A program made the translations under genes and the position numbers. Below are positions 1-11,624 of a stretch of 64,000 nucleotides of DNA, piece by piece; position 1 is the stretch's first letter; each line of letters begins with the position of its first letter. The stretch covers positions 2,356,001 to 2,420,000 of the forward strand of contig CATNEN010000033.1 of the NCBI GenBank assembly GCA_950097015.1. Direction: 5' to 3'. Below the pieces are notes generated by a model. The model saw only the letters and a program-made list of their open reading frames with translations, was not told the DNA's origin and did no database searches. Origin of the DNA: Macrostomum hystrix (Eukaryota; Animalia; Platyhelminthes).

Positions 1-963
1 GACAGCGGCAGAAACAATTTTAGCCCACTCTCGCCACACTCCACGATGGCGAGTAATGAGCAGCGTGCTCAGGTAGATGCGGCTAGTTGGCCGAGTGAAG
101 TGAGTGGAGTGAGAGACACGTCAGGGTTGAGACTGTACAAGCTGTTTTAGCTCTATTTTCACCCTTCAACAAGCGATTGACGTCATTAGAAACCAGAAAA
201 TAGCGAAGGCAGTCACAGCATTCAAGTCTCAGTCTCATCTTCCAATGTGTTCTAAAAGCCAGCCAATGCCTTCTCTGTTAGTTTTTATCATTTTCATTTT
301 GTCAGGCTAGATCTTCGCGCCTCCTTTGACGCAATTAATATATGATTTTTCTTTGGATCTAATAGGGCTATCACATGGGACTAGATATGGATTACTAGAC
401 TAGTAACTGGGCTAAACTTTCTCAATTCGATAGAGAACAATTCGTAAATACGCCTTTTACACTGGGTTTTTTGCTACAATGGTCAATAATAAAATCTGCG
501 CACCAACTGCACTACTGAAAAGTAGCGAGTAAAGCTTCTTCGTGTAGTAGGATTTCATCGCAATGATGATTGAATTTCTGGAAGAAATCCCGGGCACTTG
601 CACTAGCCAGGGATTTCCTGGCACTTGTACCGCAAAAACGAGGCCGCCTGTGCCTACTCGCAACCATTGCTGAATTGCTGAAGCTTTAGTGCAAATGGCT
701 TCCCTGACTAATTAATCAACAGATGCTACAGTAGACCATCCAAGATAGGTTATGATTAATTATCTTTTGTAGACTCGCCGGCAAACTAACCCTGCTTATC
801 AGAGCTGGCACATCCTGCGGGGCCCTATGCTCAAAGTCGCTCCTTTTCAGCGTAGAATACAAAGTGACTCGAGCACTCAATCAGACAGCAGTGAGAGAAC
901 ACATTGTTTTGCATGCCGAATTCGATTCTCTTTTCGCTAGCGCTCGCTTCTTGAATAGTTTTT

Positions 964-2208
964 TGCAGTACCAATGTGTATGCAGTACCAATGTGCATGC
1001 TGTACCAATGTGTATGCAGTACCAATGTGTATGCAGTACCAATGTGTATGCTGTACCAATGTGTATGCTATACCAATGTGTATGCTGTACCAATATGTAT
1101 GCAGTACCAATATGTATGCAGTACCAATGTGTATGCTATACTAATGTGTATGCTGTACCAATGTGTATGCTGTACCAATGTGTCTGCTGTACCAATGTGT
1201 CTGCTGTACAAATGTGTATGCAGTACCAATGTGTATGCAGTACCAATGTGTATGCTGTACCAATGTGTATGCAGTACCAATGTGTAATGCTGTACCAATG
1301 TGTATGCAGTACCAATGTGTATGCAGTACCAATGTGTATGCTGCACCAATGTGTATGCAGTACCAATGTGTAATGCTGTACCAATGTGTATGCAGTACCA
1401 ATGTGTATGCAGTACCAATGTGCATGCTGTACCAATGTGTATGCAGTACCAATGTGTATGCAGTACCAATGTGTATGCAGTACCAATGTGTATGCAGTAC
1501 CAATGTGTATGCAGTACCAATGTGTATGCAGTACCAATGTGTATGCTGTACCAATGTGTATGCAGTACCAATGTGCATGCTGTACCAATGTGTATGCAGT
1601 ACCAATGTGTATGCAGTACCAATGTGTATGCAGTACCAATGTGTATGCAGTACCAATGTGCATGCTGTACCAATGTGTATGCAGTACCAATGTGTATGCA
1701 GTACCAATGTGTATGCTGTACCAATGTGTATGCTATACCAATGTGTATGCTGTACCAATATGTATGCAGTACCAATATGTATGCAGTACCAATGTGTATG
1801 CTATACTAATGTGTATGCTGTACCAATGTGTATGCTGTACCAATGTGTCTGCTGTACCAATGTGTCTGCTGTACAAATGTGTATGCAGTACCAATGTGTA
1901 TGCAGTACCAATGTGTATGCTGTACCAATGTGTATGCAGTACCAATGTGCATGCTGTACCAATGTGCATGCTGTACCAATGTGTATGCTGTACCAATATG
2001 TATGCAGTACCAATGTGTATGCTGTACTAATGTGTATGCTGTACCAATGTGCATGCTGTACCAATATGTATGCAGTACCAATGTGTATGCATGTACCAAT
2101 GTGTATGCAGTACCAATGTGCATGCTGTACCAATATGTATGCTGTACCAATGTGTATGCTGTACCAATGTGTATGCTGTACCAATGTGTATGCTGTACCA
2201 ATATGTAT
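964..2208. repeat. 17-bp minisatellite (C[A/T]GTACCAATGTGTATG), left part
   Basis: Direct tandem units; interrupted by a LINE and resumes at 3851. Confidence 0.97.
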
Positions 2209-3850
2209 AACAACAACAACAACAATATACGCCAGGTCTCTCCATGGTCCATGGCGTCAGAAGGCATGTTTCAAGGCCTGGGCGCGAACAAAAGCAGGAC
2301 CCCCGGCAGTATCCGGGGCGCCGGCGTCGGCTAGCAGGCAGTCGACGAAACGCCGAGTTCGCGCTTGCCCCCGCCGGTAGGGTGCTTGCGTCGTCAGCAG
2401 AAGTACCTCTTGCACGGGCTGGGGGCAGTACTCCTCGGCTCGGATTAGGTGGCCTGCCAGCTGTAGCCGCCGACGGCGCAACAGCTCGCTTGGACGGGTC
2501 AGGCCGGCGCGGCGATAGAGTGCCGCGTTGGTGGTCCGATCATCATTGCCGACTTTGAAGGCAGCGCGCAGCAGGCCAGCGTGCGCTGCATCGACTAGAT
2601 GCTCCAGCGTCTCCGTCAGCGTCCATGTCTCGGCGTTGTAAAGCAGGACGGTCTCGACCACCGCCTGGAACAGCGCCGCCCTCTGACGGTCAGGCAGGGC
2701 CACAGAATGCAGGACAGCTCGCACCGAGTGGAAGGCTGCCCAGGCAAGACCGCGGCGACGCCGCAGATCCTCGCGGACGTTAGGCACCAGACCGCCAAGG
2801 TAGACGAACTGCTGACAGCGCGGGAGTTCCGCCACCTGCCCGTCAGCGCCTCGGCAGAAAATTTCGGCCTCGATGTCGCCCGGCACGCAGAGCACGACGG
2901 TCTTTTGCGTGTTGACCATCAGACCGACGCTCGCCGCCGCAGCAACCAGCCTATCCAGCTGGCGTTGGGCGCCCTCGACAGTCGAGGATAGCAGGGCGAG
3001 ATCGTCGGCGTAGCCAAGCACGCTGAGCCGCCTCTCTGGTTGGCGTCGACCCACGCGTCGCCGCAGCAGAAAACCGTCGTCATTAGTCGGCATGGCAGTG
3101 CGCAGCACCCAGTCTAGCACCAGAACGAACAGGAACGGCGCCAGCGTGTCCCCTTGAAGCACTCCGGAGGATGTGTCAAAGGGATCCGATAGGCCGTCCG
3201 GTGTCATCACGGCAGCTTTGGTGTCGTGGTACATCGCCATGACGGCGGAAACCAGCTGCTCTGGCACGTTGTAAGCGCGAAGCACCAATGGGAGCGCGGC
3301 CCTCAACACCGAGTCGAAGGCCTTCCTGAAATCTACGAAGATCAGGATCAGGATCGACTGGCGGATGTTCGCTTCCTCGATGACTCGGCGAAGAGCAAGG
3401 ATCTGCGCCACTGTGCCGCGTTGGGGTCGGAACCCGTTCTGCTCGGGCCGCAGGTAGGGATCCAACACGGGCTGCAACCGGGATAGCAGCATCCGGTTAA
3501 ACAGCTTCGCAGCGCAGGACTGCAGGCAGATGCCTCGATGCTCCTCTAGCTTTGTGGTGCCCGGCTTCTTCGGAATCGCGACGATGTGGGCCATGGTCCA
3601 TTCGTTGGGCGCCGCCTCACCGGAAAGCACGCGATTCATCACACTGGCGACCTCGCCAGCCACACAGTGGAGCCGCAGTGCTTCGATGGGTACCTCGTCT
3701 GGACCCAGCGCTTTGCCGCCCGATGACTTTTGGGCCAGCAGTACAACATCATCCTTGGTGACCGGTGCCACGTTGAAACTCTCTGCCGACGGTAACGGCG
3801 TCTCCGGCGGCAGTCTCAGGTTGTTGGGTTGCGGGGGTGGCGGCGCGTCG
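2209..3850 (-). mobile_element. 5'-truncated RTE-clade non-LTR retrotransposon with uninterrupted RT ORF (stop 2257-2259), (TTG)5 tail, 14-bp TSD
   Basis: RT motifs QNGFR, FVDFRKAFDSV, GVLQGDTLAPFLF, YADD, FVYLG; RTE-like C-terminal motifs VLLYNAETW and RRRLQLAGHLIR; no endonuclease domain; GTACCAATATGTAT at 2195-2208 and 3851-3864. Clade assignment is from motifs only. Confidence 0.92.
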
Positions 3851-4079
3851 GTACCAATATGTATGCTGTACCAATGTGTATGCAGTACCAATGTGTATGC
3901 AGTACCAATGTGTATGCAGTACCAATGTGTATGCTGTACCAATGTGTATGCAGTACCAATATGTATGCAGTACCAATATGTATGCAGTACCAATATGTAT
4001 GCAGTACCAATATGTATGCTGTACCAATGTGTATGCTGTACCAATATGTATGCAGTACCAATATGTATGCAGTACCAAT
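3851..4079. repeat. 17-bp minisatellite, right part
   Basis: Same unit as 964-2208. Confidence 0.96.
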
Positions 4080-4299
4080 CTTTATCTTGCTCCATACTAT
4101 AGGAGTGTTATATACTTAAAGTCTACAGGAGCAAACAATGTCTTTCAGAAATATCACTTTGAAGTAATAAATTGTACTTCAACATGAGGCAATTTTAAGC
4201 ATTGTGTTCACTTTCCCGCGCATGCAACACATTAGCAATTTGCGCATGTGCATTAAGAAACGGAAAGGCCCCATCCCCACCTCCCTACAACAACTGCTG

Positions 4300-4526
4300 A
4301 CGGCCCAGCCAATGCTGTTGGCTCAGCACTCAGAAGCCGGGTGGAAATTCCCGCCCCAACCCCAATGCAACCACCCTCCGCCAATGATTATGCGAGGCTG
4401 GCCAATTTTCCGGGACAGAGGAGGCTTCAATCGAGCGCAACCCCTCCAGGAGGCGCTCTCCCCTCTCCCTCCTCCTACAAGCAAACGATTCCGTCCGCAA
4501 AGGCCGACTGAGTCACAGCATTCCCG
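4300..4526 (+). promoter_or_regulatory. Putative otopetrin promoter and non-coding first exon
   Basis: Several CCAAT boxes and a CCGCCC box at 4305-4410; strong donor CG|GTGAGT at 4526/4527; acceptor-like AG just before ATG 4641. Confidence 0.35.
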
Positions 4527-4640
4527 GTGAGTTGCTATAGGAGAATTGGGAGAGCGTGAGAGAGAAAGTAATTGTCTACAGTCAATGAGACCGTCTGCGA
4601 AGTTGAAAGTTTGTTTCAAATACACTGCATAGAATCACAG

Positions 4641-4708
4641 ATGAAGTCGGATAGCGAGATCGCGCCCGACTGTCAAAGGCACGACATCATCGCGATGGAC
4701 GAGACTGA
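4641..4708 (+). CDS. otop: Otopetrin coding exon 1 (MKSDSEIAPDCQRHDIIAMDET)
   Basis: ATG, GC3-rich codons, GA|GTGAGT phase-2 donor compatible with acceptor at 6446; joined CDS 2028 nt. Confidence 0.6.
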
Positions 4709-5258
4709 GTGAGTTCTCAGACTGCAGCCCCTATAAATTGAGCATTTTACATGAGTCAGTGTCCAAATAACTTGTCAGATGGGCGTCAGATAGCAATCAA
4801 GATAGGGAACATATCGACAAGGTCGGACCCATAGCACTGCGGTTCATGCAATGCAATTCATCCCTCTGCAATGCAATGCAGTGTGTCCCCGTGAGGTCCC
4901 TGTCTCCCAGAAGAGTGCATTTTTATCTTCTGAACTGAGGACTGAAGCCCGGGACTGCAGCTTCCTGCTGCGAACTTCTTTCATGAAAAAACATATTGAG
5001 GAGTTTGAAGTTCCGATGGGATCTTACGAGTACAATGCAGCTGGTGTGCCTGCTGTACAACCTCCTGTGCGTAGCATGCATCGTGTGCTGTGAATAAGCA
5101 ATTATGGATCCCGAATTCCCATCCATTGCCTAAAGGTCGATCGATCCAACAAATTGAAAACTTGGCTATTGCAGGGTCTGATTGTGCCGGGATTAACTAT
5201 CGATTAAAAATAGCTTTGTTTTACCATGAATTTCGACTGCCTTCCATACAATTCTCAG

Positions 5259-5710
5259 CACTCCACTGCCCCCTCTGTCATCACTCCACTGCCCCCTCTG
5301 TCACTCCACTGCCCCCTCTGTCACTCCACTGCCCCCTCTGTCACTCCACTGCCCAACTCTGTCACTCCACTGCCCCCTCTGTCACTCCACTGCCCCCTCT
5401 GTCACTCCACTGCCCCCTCTGTCACTCCACTGCCCCCTCTGTCACTCCACTGCCCCCTCTGTCACTCCACTGCCCCCTCTGTCACTCCACTGCCCCCTCT
5501 GTCACTCCACTGCCCCCCTCTGTCACTCCACTGCCCCCTCTGTCACTCCACTGCCCCCTCTGTCACTCCACTGCCCCCTCTGTCACTCCACTGCCCCCTC
5601 TGTCACTCCACTGCCCCCTCTGTCACTCCACTGCCCCCTCTGTCACTCCACCGCCTCTCTGTCACTCCACCGCCTCTCTCTCACTCCACAGCACTCTCTG
5701 TCACTCCTCT
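5259..5710. repeat. 20-bp minisatellite CACTCCACTGCCCCCTCTGT
   Basis: About 22 tandem units. Confidence 0.96.
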
Positions 5711-6164
5711 GACAGCTAATAAGCCATAAATAAATTCAGTTTTTGCTCAATTTAAAGTAATTTGAGACGATTGAGTATTTTCTTATTAATCCTTTGCGAA
5801 AGATTTATCGTCTCGCGTTTGTCAACGCAAACAAAATGATTGACAGCCATTGGCAATTTAAATATACTTAAAATAAAGTATTTCCTTTAATCCGTATACG
5901 TTTTGCTAAAGTTTCCAGCTACCAGTTAGAGACAAAGCTGTCCAGGAACAGCTGACTTAAGAGCTTTTGGATAGCTAATAACAGCGAAATAATGCTTGCT
6001 TACTTGCAGCTCAGCAGCTTCAAGAAAGATTCGTGCAAATAATGAGCTTTAGTCTTTAATTCTTTGCCTCTTTCAGTTTATTATTATTTTGCCAAAAATA
6101 ACAAGTTGGGCTTTGTTAATAAGACCGCTGACAGCAGGAATAAGGTTCAGTGTTCTCTCACTCT

Positions 6165-6381
6165 CACTCTTCCTCTCCCCATCTCACCCTCAATCTCCCC
6201 TCTATCTCCCCCTCTATCTCCCCCTCTATCTCCCCCTCTATCTCACCCTCTATCTCCTTTCAATCTCTACCCCATCCCCCTCAATCTCACCCTCCATCTC
6301 CCTCTCAATCTCACCCTCCATCTCCCCCTCAATCTCTACCCATCACCCTCAATCTGACTCTCTATCTCCCCCTTAATCTCA
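6165..6381. repeat. Degenerate pyrimidine-rich 12/24-bp repeat
   Basis: TCTCCCCCTCTA / TCTCACCCTCAA units. Confidence 0.85.
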
Positions 6382-6446
6382 GAGGACCCCAGATCCCCTC
6401 GGCCCAGTCTCCGCGCTAATTCTGCAATAAAATCGCAACCTCGCAG

Positions 6447-6639
6447 CCTACAGGAAGCTGTCTTCGGGTCCGAGGTTGCTGCCGACGATGGCAGCTGCGA
6501 AGTGGGCCCGGCCGCCTCCCAGGACGTGGTGAACTCGTTCATTGTGCTGTACGGCATCACTTTCACAATGCTGGGTGTGGTGATTCCAGTCTGCGATGCC
6601 CTGGCCAGCGACACGCTGAAACACCAGACCTACGACCAG
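6447..6639 (+). CDS. otop: Otopetrin exon 2 (TM1)
   Basis: FIVLYGITFTMLGVVIPVCDAL resembles otopetrin TM1; donor CAG|GTAACA; the 5' acceptor choice (6446 vs 6453) is less certain. Confidence 0.85.
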
Positions 6640-6974
6640 GTAACAACAGACTCGAGAGACTCGAGAGCACAGCTGATGCACAGCGAAAGGAAGGACACTA
6701 GTTGTTTCTATGACTCAGATTCGAACTCCAGACTCTCCTCATTTGATTACCAGTAGAAAGAGCGCGCCATTACCCCCCTGGGGAGAGACTACGGGGTATT
6801 TCAAATACCCACTTCACGAGAGCTCCCAAACCAAAAGACAGATTTCGACCATATGGATCAACATTTCCACCCTTTACGAATCCTTATCCCTTTGCCCTTT
6901 GGCAAATCCATGTATTACTTCAAAAGTGCATAAATCCAACTATATAATCAATACTATATAGTCTATAATACGGT

Positions 6975-7035
6975 TAGCCGACACGGTTACACGATGAAAT
7001 TTTGTGAGCAGAAAATCATTGAAAATCTCGACGAT
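6975..7035 (+). repeat. Dispersed repeat family A, short internally deleted copy
   Basis: TAGCCGACAC..TTTGTGAGCAGAAAAT..CTCGACGAT matches 41298-41490 and reverse complement of 61555-61737. Confidence 0.65.
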
Positions 7036-7959
7036 AAAGGAGAAATGATAATGTGTGGTATTTAAAATAGGGTCTCGCTACTGTTAATGAAAGTGGATTA
7101 ATATGCTTAGTTAAAAAATCCCAATGAAGAACACGTGTGGATGCTCATTGCGTGCTGATAGTAATCCGAACTCAAGCCAGACCCGGTGAGTAGTTCTGGG
7201 GTCACGAAACCATCTGATTGTAGTGAACATGACCAGCTGTTTTGTTTGAACAGAAATCGATTACCATGAGATCGCTGATGGCCCGAGGCGGAGAGAGACG
7301 CGTTGGGACAACTTTCTAAAAAATGTTCTAGAAAAATTCCAATATACTTTTTCGCCGAGCCTCTCCTTACCTGGCTAAACAAGGCTTTCTAGCCAAGTCA
7401 ATTTGGCCTGAGGCCTTCTCACCTACCTTCATCATTGTAAAAAAGTGCATCACATTTCTTGACTGCATAGAGCCAGCCAGCGGAGACTGTTCGTGCCTTC
7501 AGCAACCTAGCGAGCTGCTTCTGCCTCTTCTGTCTGAGCTGCTGCGCTAAATTAGACCAAGAAGGAGGCAGAAAAGTATGGGGTACCTCGGAGCAGTCCT
7601 CGTGTAGTGCTCCAGCACCGTATGAACTAGATCAGGCCTGTGTTATTAATATCGGTTGCAAAGGCTTGAGATGCAAGAGCCCCAGACTCATGTTCCAGTG
7701 GAGTCGATTAATATTTCTCTAATATTCTCTGGCATGCGGAAGAAGCCAGTTTTTTGCATTAGTTGGTGCGACGATGGTACCCGATACCTAACATGTGAAA
7801 CTATGACCTGGGCTGGTGTGATAGCGGACAAAGCTCCAGGCGGAACCTGGTAGGTCCTGTGACCCGCGGAAAAATTGAAATGATTAATTATTCAGCTATA
7901 CAAAAAAATTAGGGGAATCCCAAACAAGTCGAGGGATCCCAATCCCAGAAAGATATAAC

Positions 7960-8420
7960 GAGTTCCAAATCTAGAAGTAGATTTAGGAAATCCCAAACAG
8001 ATCAAATGAGTTCCGAATCTAAAAGTAGATTTGGGAAATCCTAAACAGATCAAATGAGTTCCGAATCTAAAAATAGATTTAGGAAATCCTAAACAGATCA
8101 AATGAGTTCCGAATATAAAAATAGATTTAGGAAATCCTAAACAGATCGAAGAGTTCCAAATCTAAAAGTAGATTTAGGAAATCCCAAACAGATCAAATGA
8201 GTTCCGAATCTAAAAATAGATTTAGGAAATCCTAAACAGATCGAATGAGTTCCAAATCTAAAAATATATTTGGGAAATCCTAAACAGATCGAATGAGTTC
8301 CAAATCTAAAAGTAGATTTAGGAAATCCTAAACAGATCGAATGAGTTCCAAATCTAAAAATATATTTGGGAAATCCTAAACAGATCGAATGAGTTCCGAA
8401 TCTAAAAATAGAATTTGGAT
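7960..8420. repeat. 48-bp minisatellite with two internal palindromes
   Basis: GAGTTCCGAATCTAAAAATAGATTTAGGAAATCCTAAACAGATCAAAT, about 9.5 copies. Confidence 0.95.
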
Positions 8421-8750
8421 ATCCGAAGCAGATAGAAGGAATCGAGAGTCAAAAAAAGACTTAGGGAATCTTTATCAAACAGATAAGAGGAAATCATATG
8501 CTAATCAATAGAATCGGGGAAATCCCGAAATACTCAGAGAACATCCCTAAGAGAAGGGAGAATCCCAAAGAATCCAGAAATTCCCCATTCTACGAGTCAG
8601 GGTTTGGGTATCCAAAAGAGTGGTAAGGAATTCCCCCTGCTTCACACATTGAACAGAAGGGAGTCATATTTAATTGCAGCACCGGTGAGTATGCTCGAAC
8701 CAACCTGACTCAAGTTCAAAATAAATGCCGCCAAACCTGCCAACCCGCAG

Positions 8751-9192
8751 GCCTTCTATCTGTACATGCACACAACTGGTCTGGCCTTCCTTGCCTTCAT
8801 CAGCTTTATTATGTATAGATTTCGCGACGACAAGCAGCAGCAGAAGCAGCAGCAGCTGCAGCCGATCAAGGCCACGAGCTCCGCTGTGAATGGCACAGCC
8901 GTTGTAGACTTTGATGATGACGACAATGGCGTCTGCGACGTCAGGGAAACGAACGCCGGCATCGCTGAACTGTCGTCGCCCAGCGCCAACGTGGCCAGCA
9001 GCAGAGCCGGGCTCAACGTTGGGGCGGCCGTCCGTTCGATGATCACCCGACTTCGCCGTCAGCTGAGCCGGCAGCTGGCCGCAGCGGAGCTCCGTCGGCG
9101 GCGTCAGAGCGAACGGCGATGGCAAAGACAGACTCCGGCTGTGTGGATGTCCTCGGAGGGCATCAACCTGTACATGCGCCTTGGTGTCATCA
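8751..9192 (+). CDS. otop: Otopetrin exon 3 (TM2, long loop, start of TM3)
   Basis: AFYLYM and SSEGINLYMRLGVI match otopetrin FYLYLY / GSFYLRxG motifs; CGCAG acceptor, A|GTGAGT donor. Confidence 0.92.
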
Positions 9193-9210
9193 GTGAGTGC
9201 TCTCGGGTTT

Positions 9211-9720
9211 TCACCTGTCTTCTCATCTCTTCTCACCTGACTTCTTATCTCATCTCACCTGACTTCTCATCTCATCTCACCTGACTTCTCATCTCATCTC
9301 ACCTGACTTCTCATCTCATCTCACCTGACTTCTCATCTCATCTCACCTGACTTCTCATCTCATCTCACCTGACTTCTCATCTCATCTCACCTGACTTCTC
9401 ATCTCATCTCACCTGACTTCTCATCTCTTCTCACCTGACTTCTTATCTCATCTCACCTGACTTCTCATCTCATCTCACCTGACTTCTCATCTCATCTCAC
9501 CTGACTTCTCATCTCATCTCACCTGACTTCTCATCTCTTCTCAAATGTCTTCTCATCTCATCTCACCTGACTTCTTATCTCATCTCACCTGACTTTTTTT
9601 CTCATCTCACCTGACTTCTCATCTCTTCTCACCTGACTTCTCATCTCTTCTCACCTGTCTTCTCATCTCTTCTCACATGTCTTCTCATCTCTTCCTACCT
9701 GTCTTCCTCTATATTCTCAC
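9211..9720. repeat. 22-bp minisatellite TCTCATCTCATCTCACCTGACT, decaying rightward
   Basis: Tandem units. Confidence 0.93.
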
Positions 9721-9922
9721 CTGTCTTACTTCTTTCATCTTTATTCACAGCCTATCATAAATGCTGTACCATTCTTCTCACCCAAATTTACTAATTTTCT
9801 CACCTGTCTGTACACCTCTTGATATCATCAGATCATTTCTCAGATGTCTTCTCATCTCTTCTCTCAGCTGTCCTAAAAATTTTCTCCTGTAAATTGATAA
9901 TAGTAGCCTACTTTAAGGGGTA

Positions 9923-10000
9923 AGCAACAACCCCTGACTAGGCAACAACCCCTGACTAGGCAACAAACCCTGACTAGGCAACAAACCCTGACTAGGCAAT
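9923..10000. repeat. Short 18-19-bp tandem repeat GCAACAA[C/A]CCCTGACTAG
   Basis: About 4 copies. Confidence 0.85.
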
Positions 10001-10580
10001 AACCCGTTACCATAGGCTACAATCCTCATGTTTATGTTAGTTTTTTTGTCAGAACTTTATCCCGATATGACTGCCACTCACGATTAACTGCTCAGCAACT
10101 AAGGCCTCATAAATACGAAAATTCTCTGCTTTTGTCGCCTGATCTCTAGGGAAATTTTCAATCCAATCAATGACCATCTCTTTTCCCATCGTGTTTAATC
10201 ACGAAGGCAGGAAAGCGAGTTTTAAAAAAATTTATAACTCAAGGACCTGATGGGGAGTCAAAGGCTTGACTTGGTGGCTAGACTGGGATTTCTCGGCACC
10301 CCCAATGGGCAATGCAACACCCCGCACCTGGGCATAACTCCAATTTCGTTTCCTGACACTGGCCAAGTTGAAGCATTCGATTAGTCAATTCACCAAAGGG
10401 TAATCAGAGGCATTTTGTTCTTAGTTAATTGGCTTCTTAATAGAGACTTTTTTCTTTCTGATTGCTTTACTATAATATTGTCCTTAAATAGTCAAAGGCA
10501 AGAACTCAGGATTCTTCATCCTATCAATAAGCTTATCATGAAAGGATTAGCTTATCATTTATCGCGATCATCACTTGCAG

Positions 10581-10753
10581 TATTCGGTTTCGGGGTGATC
10601 ATTCACGACGCCTTCAAGCTGGCGGACACCATCGAGCAGCCGGCGGCAGTGATGGCCGGGTCTCATTGCCGCAGCAACCTGTGGCAGGTGCAGCTGCTGG
10701 TCCACCTGCTGTTCATCCTGCTGCAGACCTTCCACCTGTTCAAGAGTCACCGG
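10581..10753 (+). CDS. otop: Otopetrin exon 4 (TM3-TM4)
   Basis: IFGFGVIIH..LLFILLQTFHLF; TTGCAG acceptor phase 1, CGG|GTGAGT donor. Confidence 0.92.
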
Positions 10754-10769
10754 GTGAGTTGTCCGCGAC

Positions 10770-10965
10770 ACTGACAGTAACTACAGACAGTGACAGTAAA
10801 TACAGACACTGACAGTAACTACAGACTCTGACAGTAACTACAGACTCTGACAGTAACTACAGACTCTGACAGTAACTACAGACTCTGACAGTAACTACAG
10901 ACACTGACAGTAACTACAGACTCTGACAGTAACTACAGACTCTGACAGTAACTACAGACACTGAA
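10770..10965. repeat. 19-bp minisatellite CTGACAGTAACTACAGAC[A/T]
   Basis: About 10 copies. Confidence 0.93.
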
Positions 10966-11059
10966 GTCTATTAAAGACAGTGACAGTCACTGACACTAAC
11001 AGACTGACAGTTTGTTACAAACGTTGATAGACGTTACTGACAGTGACAGCCGACAGGGG

Positions 11060-11282
11060 GGGGGAATGTCAGAGCGGTTAACGCGTTTGCCTGACGACGA
11101 GAAATTGAGGGCAGATGTACACACCTGTGTGAATGTGAGCCTGTGTACGGTATCCGTGTGTGCTCAGGAGTCAGCGAAATGGGCAGAATTGCCTCCTCGC
11201 TGGCTGCGGGTCAAGTGTCACCAAATGATGTGCCATTGCCTGCAGCCCTCCTGCAATTATTATTATTATTATATAATTATTT
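11060..11282 (+). mobile_element. Possible degenerate tRNA-derived SINE (dispersed family B) with (ATT)n tail
   Basis: A-box-like TGTCAGAGCGG then TTAACGCG; no B box; body 11134-11240 matches reverse complement of 39362-39478; (ATT)n at 11257-11281. Confidence 0.4.
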
Positions 11283-11624
11283 GATAGCATATTGCAGATC
11301 ACTGAATACCGATTGCTGATTACAGAACTGCTCGATGAGCTGAGCACAGGCAGATATAATCCTTATTAACCAGCTTGCAAGCCTGTCACTCGCAGGTTTC
11401 AAGGAAACTTTCAGCTCATTGATTCAGGAGTTCATATTTGCTACCGCTGCCAGGAATTGGGCCGCCGGAGAGCAGATGAGCATTGCAGAGGCCCCGAGTG
11501 TTTGCTCGGATCCTCACACCTCAAACTAATGCGTGTTTGCCTCGTTTGAGCATCGCTCAAACATGAGCATTCTAATGCCATCCATGCCGCCTCGACTGCT
11601 CACTCTGTTATCTGCCTATCCACT

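Noticed and set aside
1-90. Possible exon at the window start
   Set aside because: Both strands give short open frames with plausible splice signals and no recognisable homology; cannot be decided
2257-4095. 612-aa ORF fusing an ATG, satellite-derived Cys/His/Tyr repeats and the LINE RT
   Set aside because: The minus strand of the 17-mer has no stops in any frame, so read-through is expected by chance; no promoter evidence
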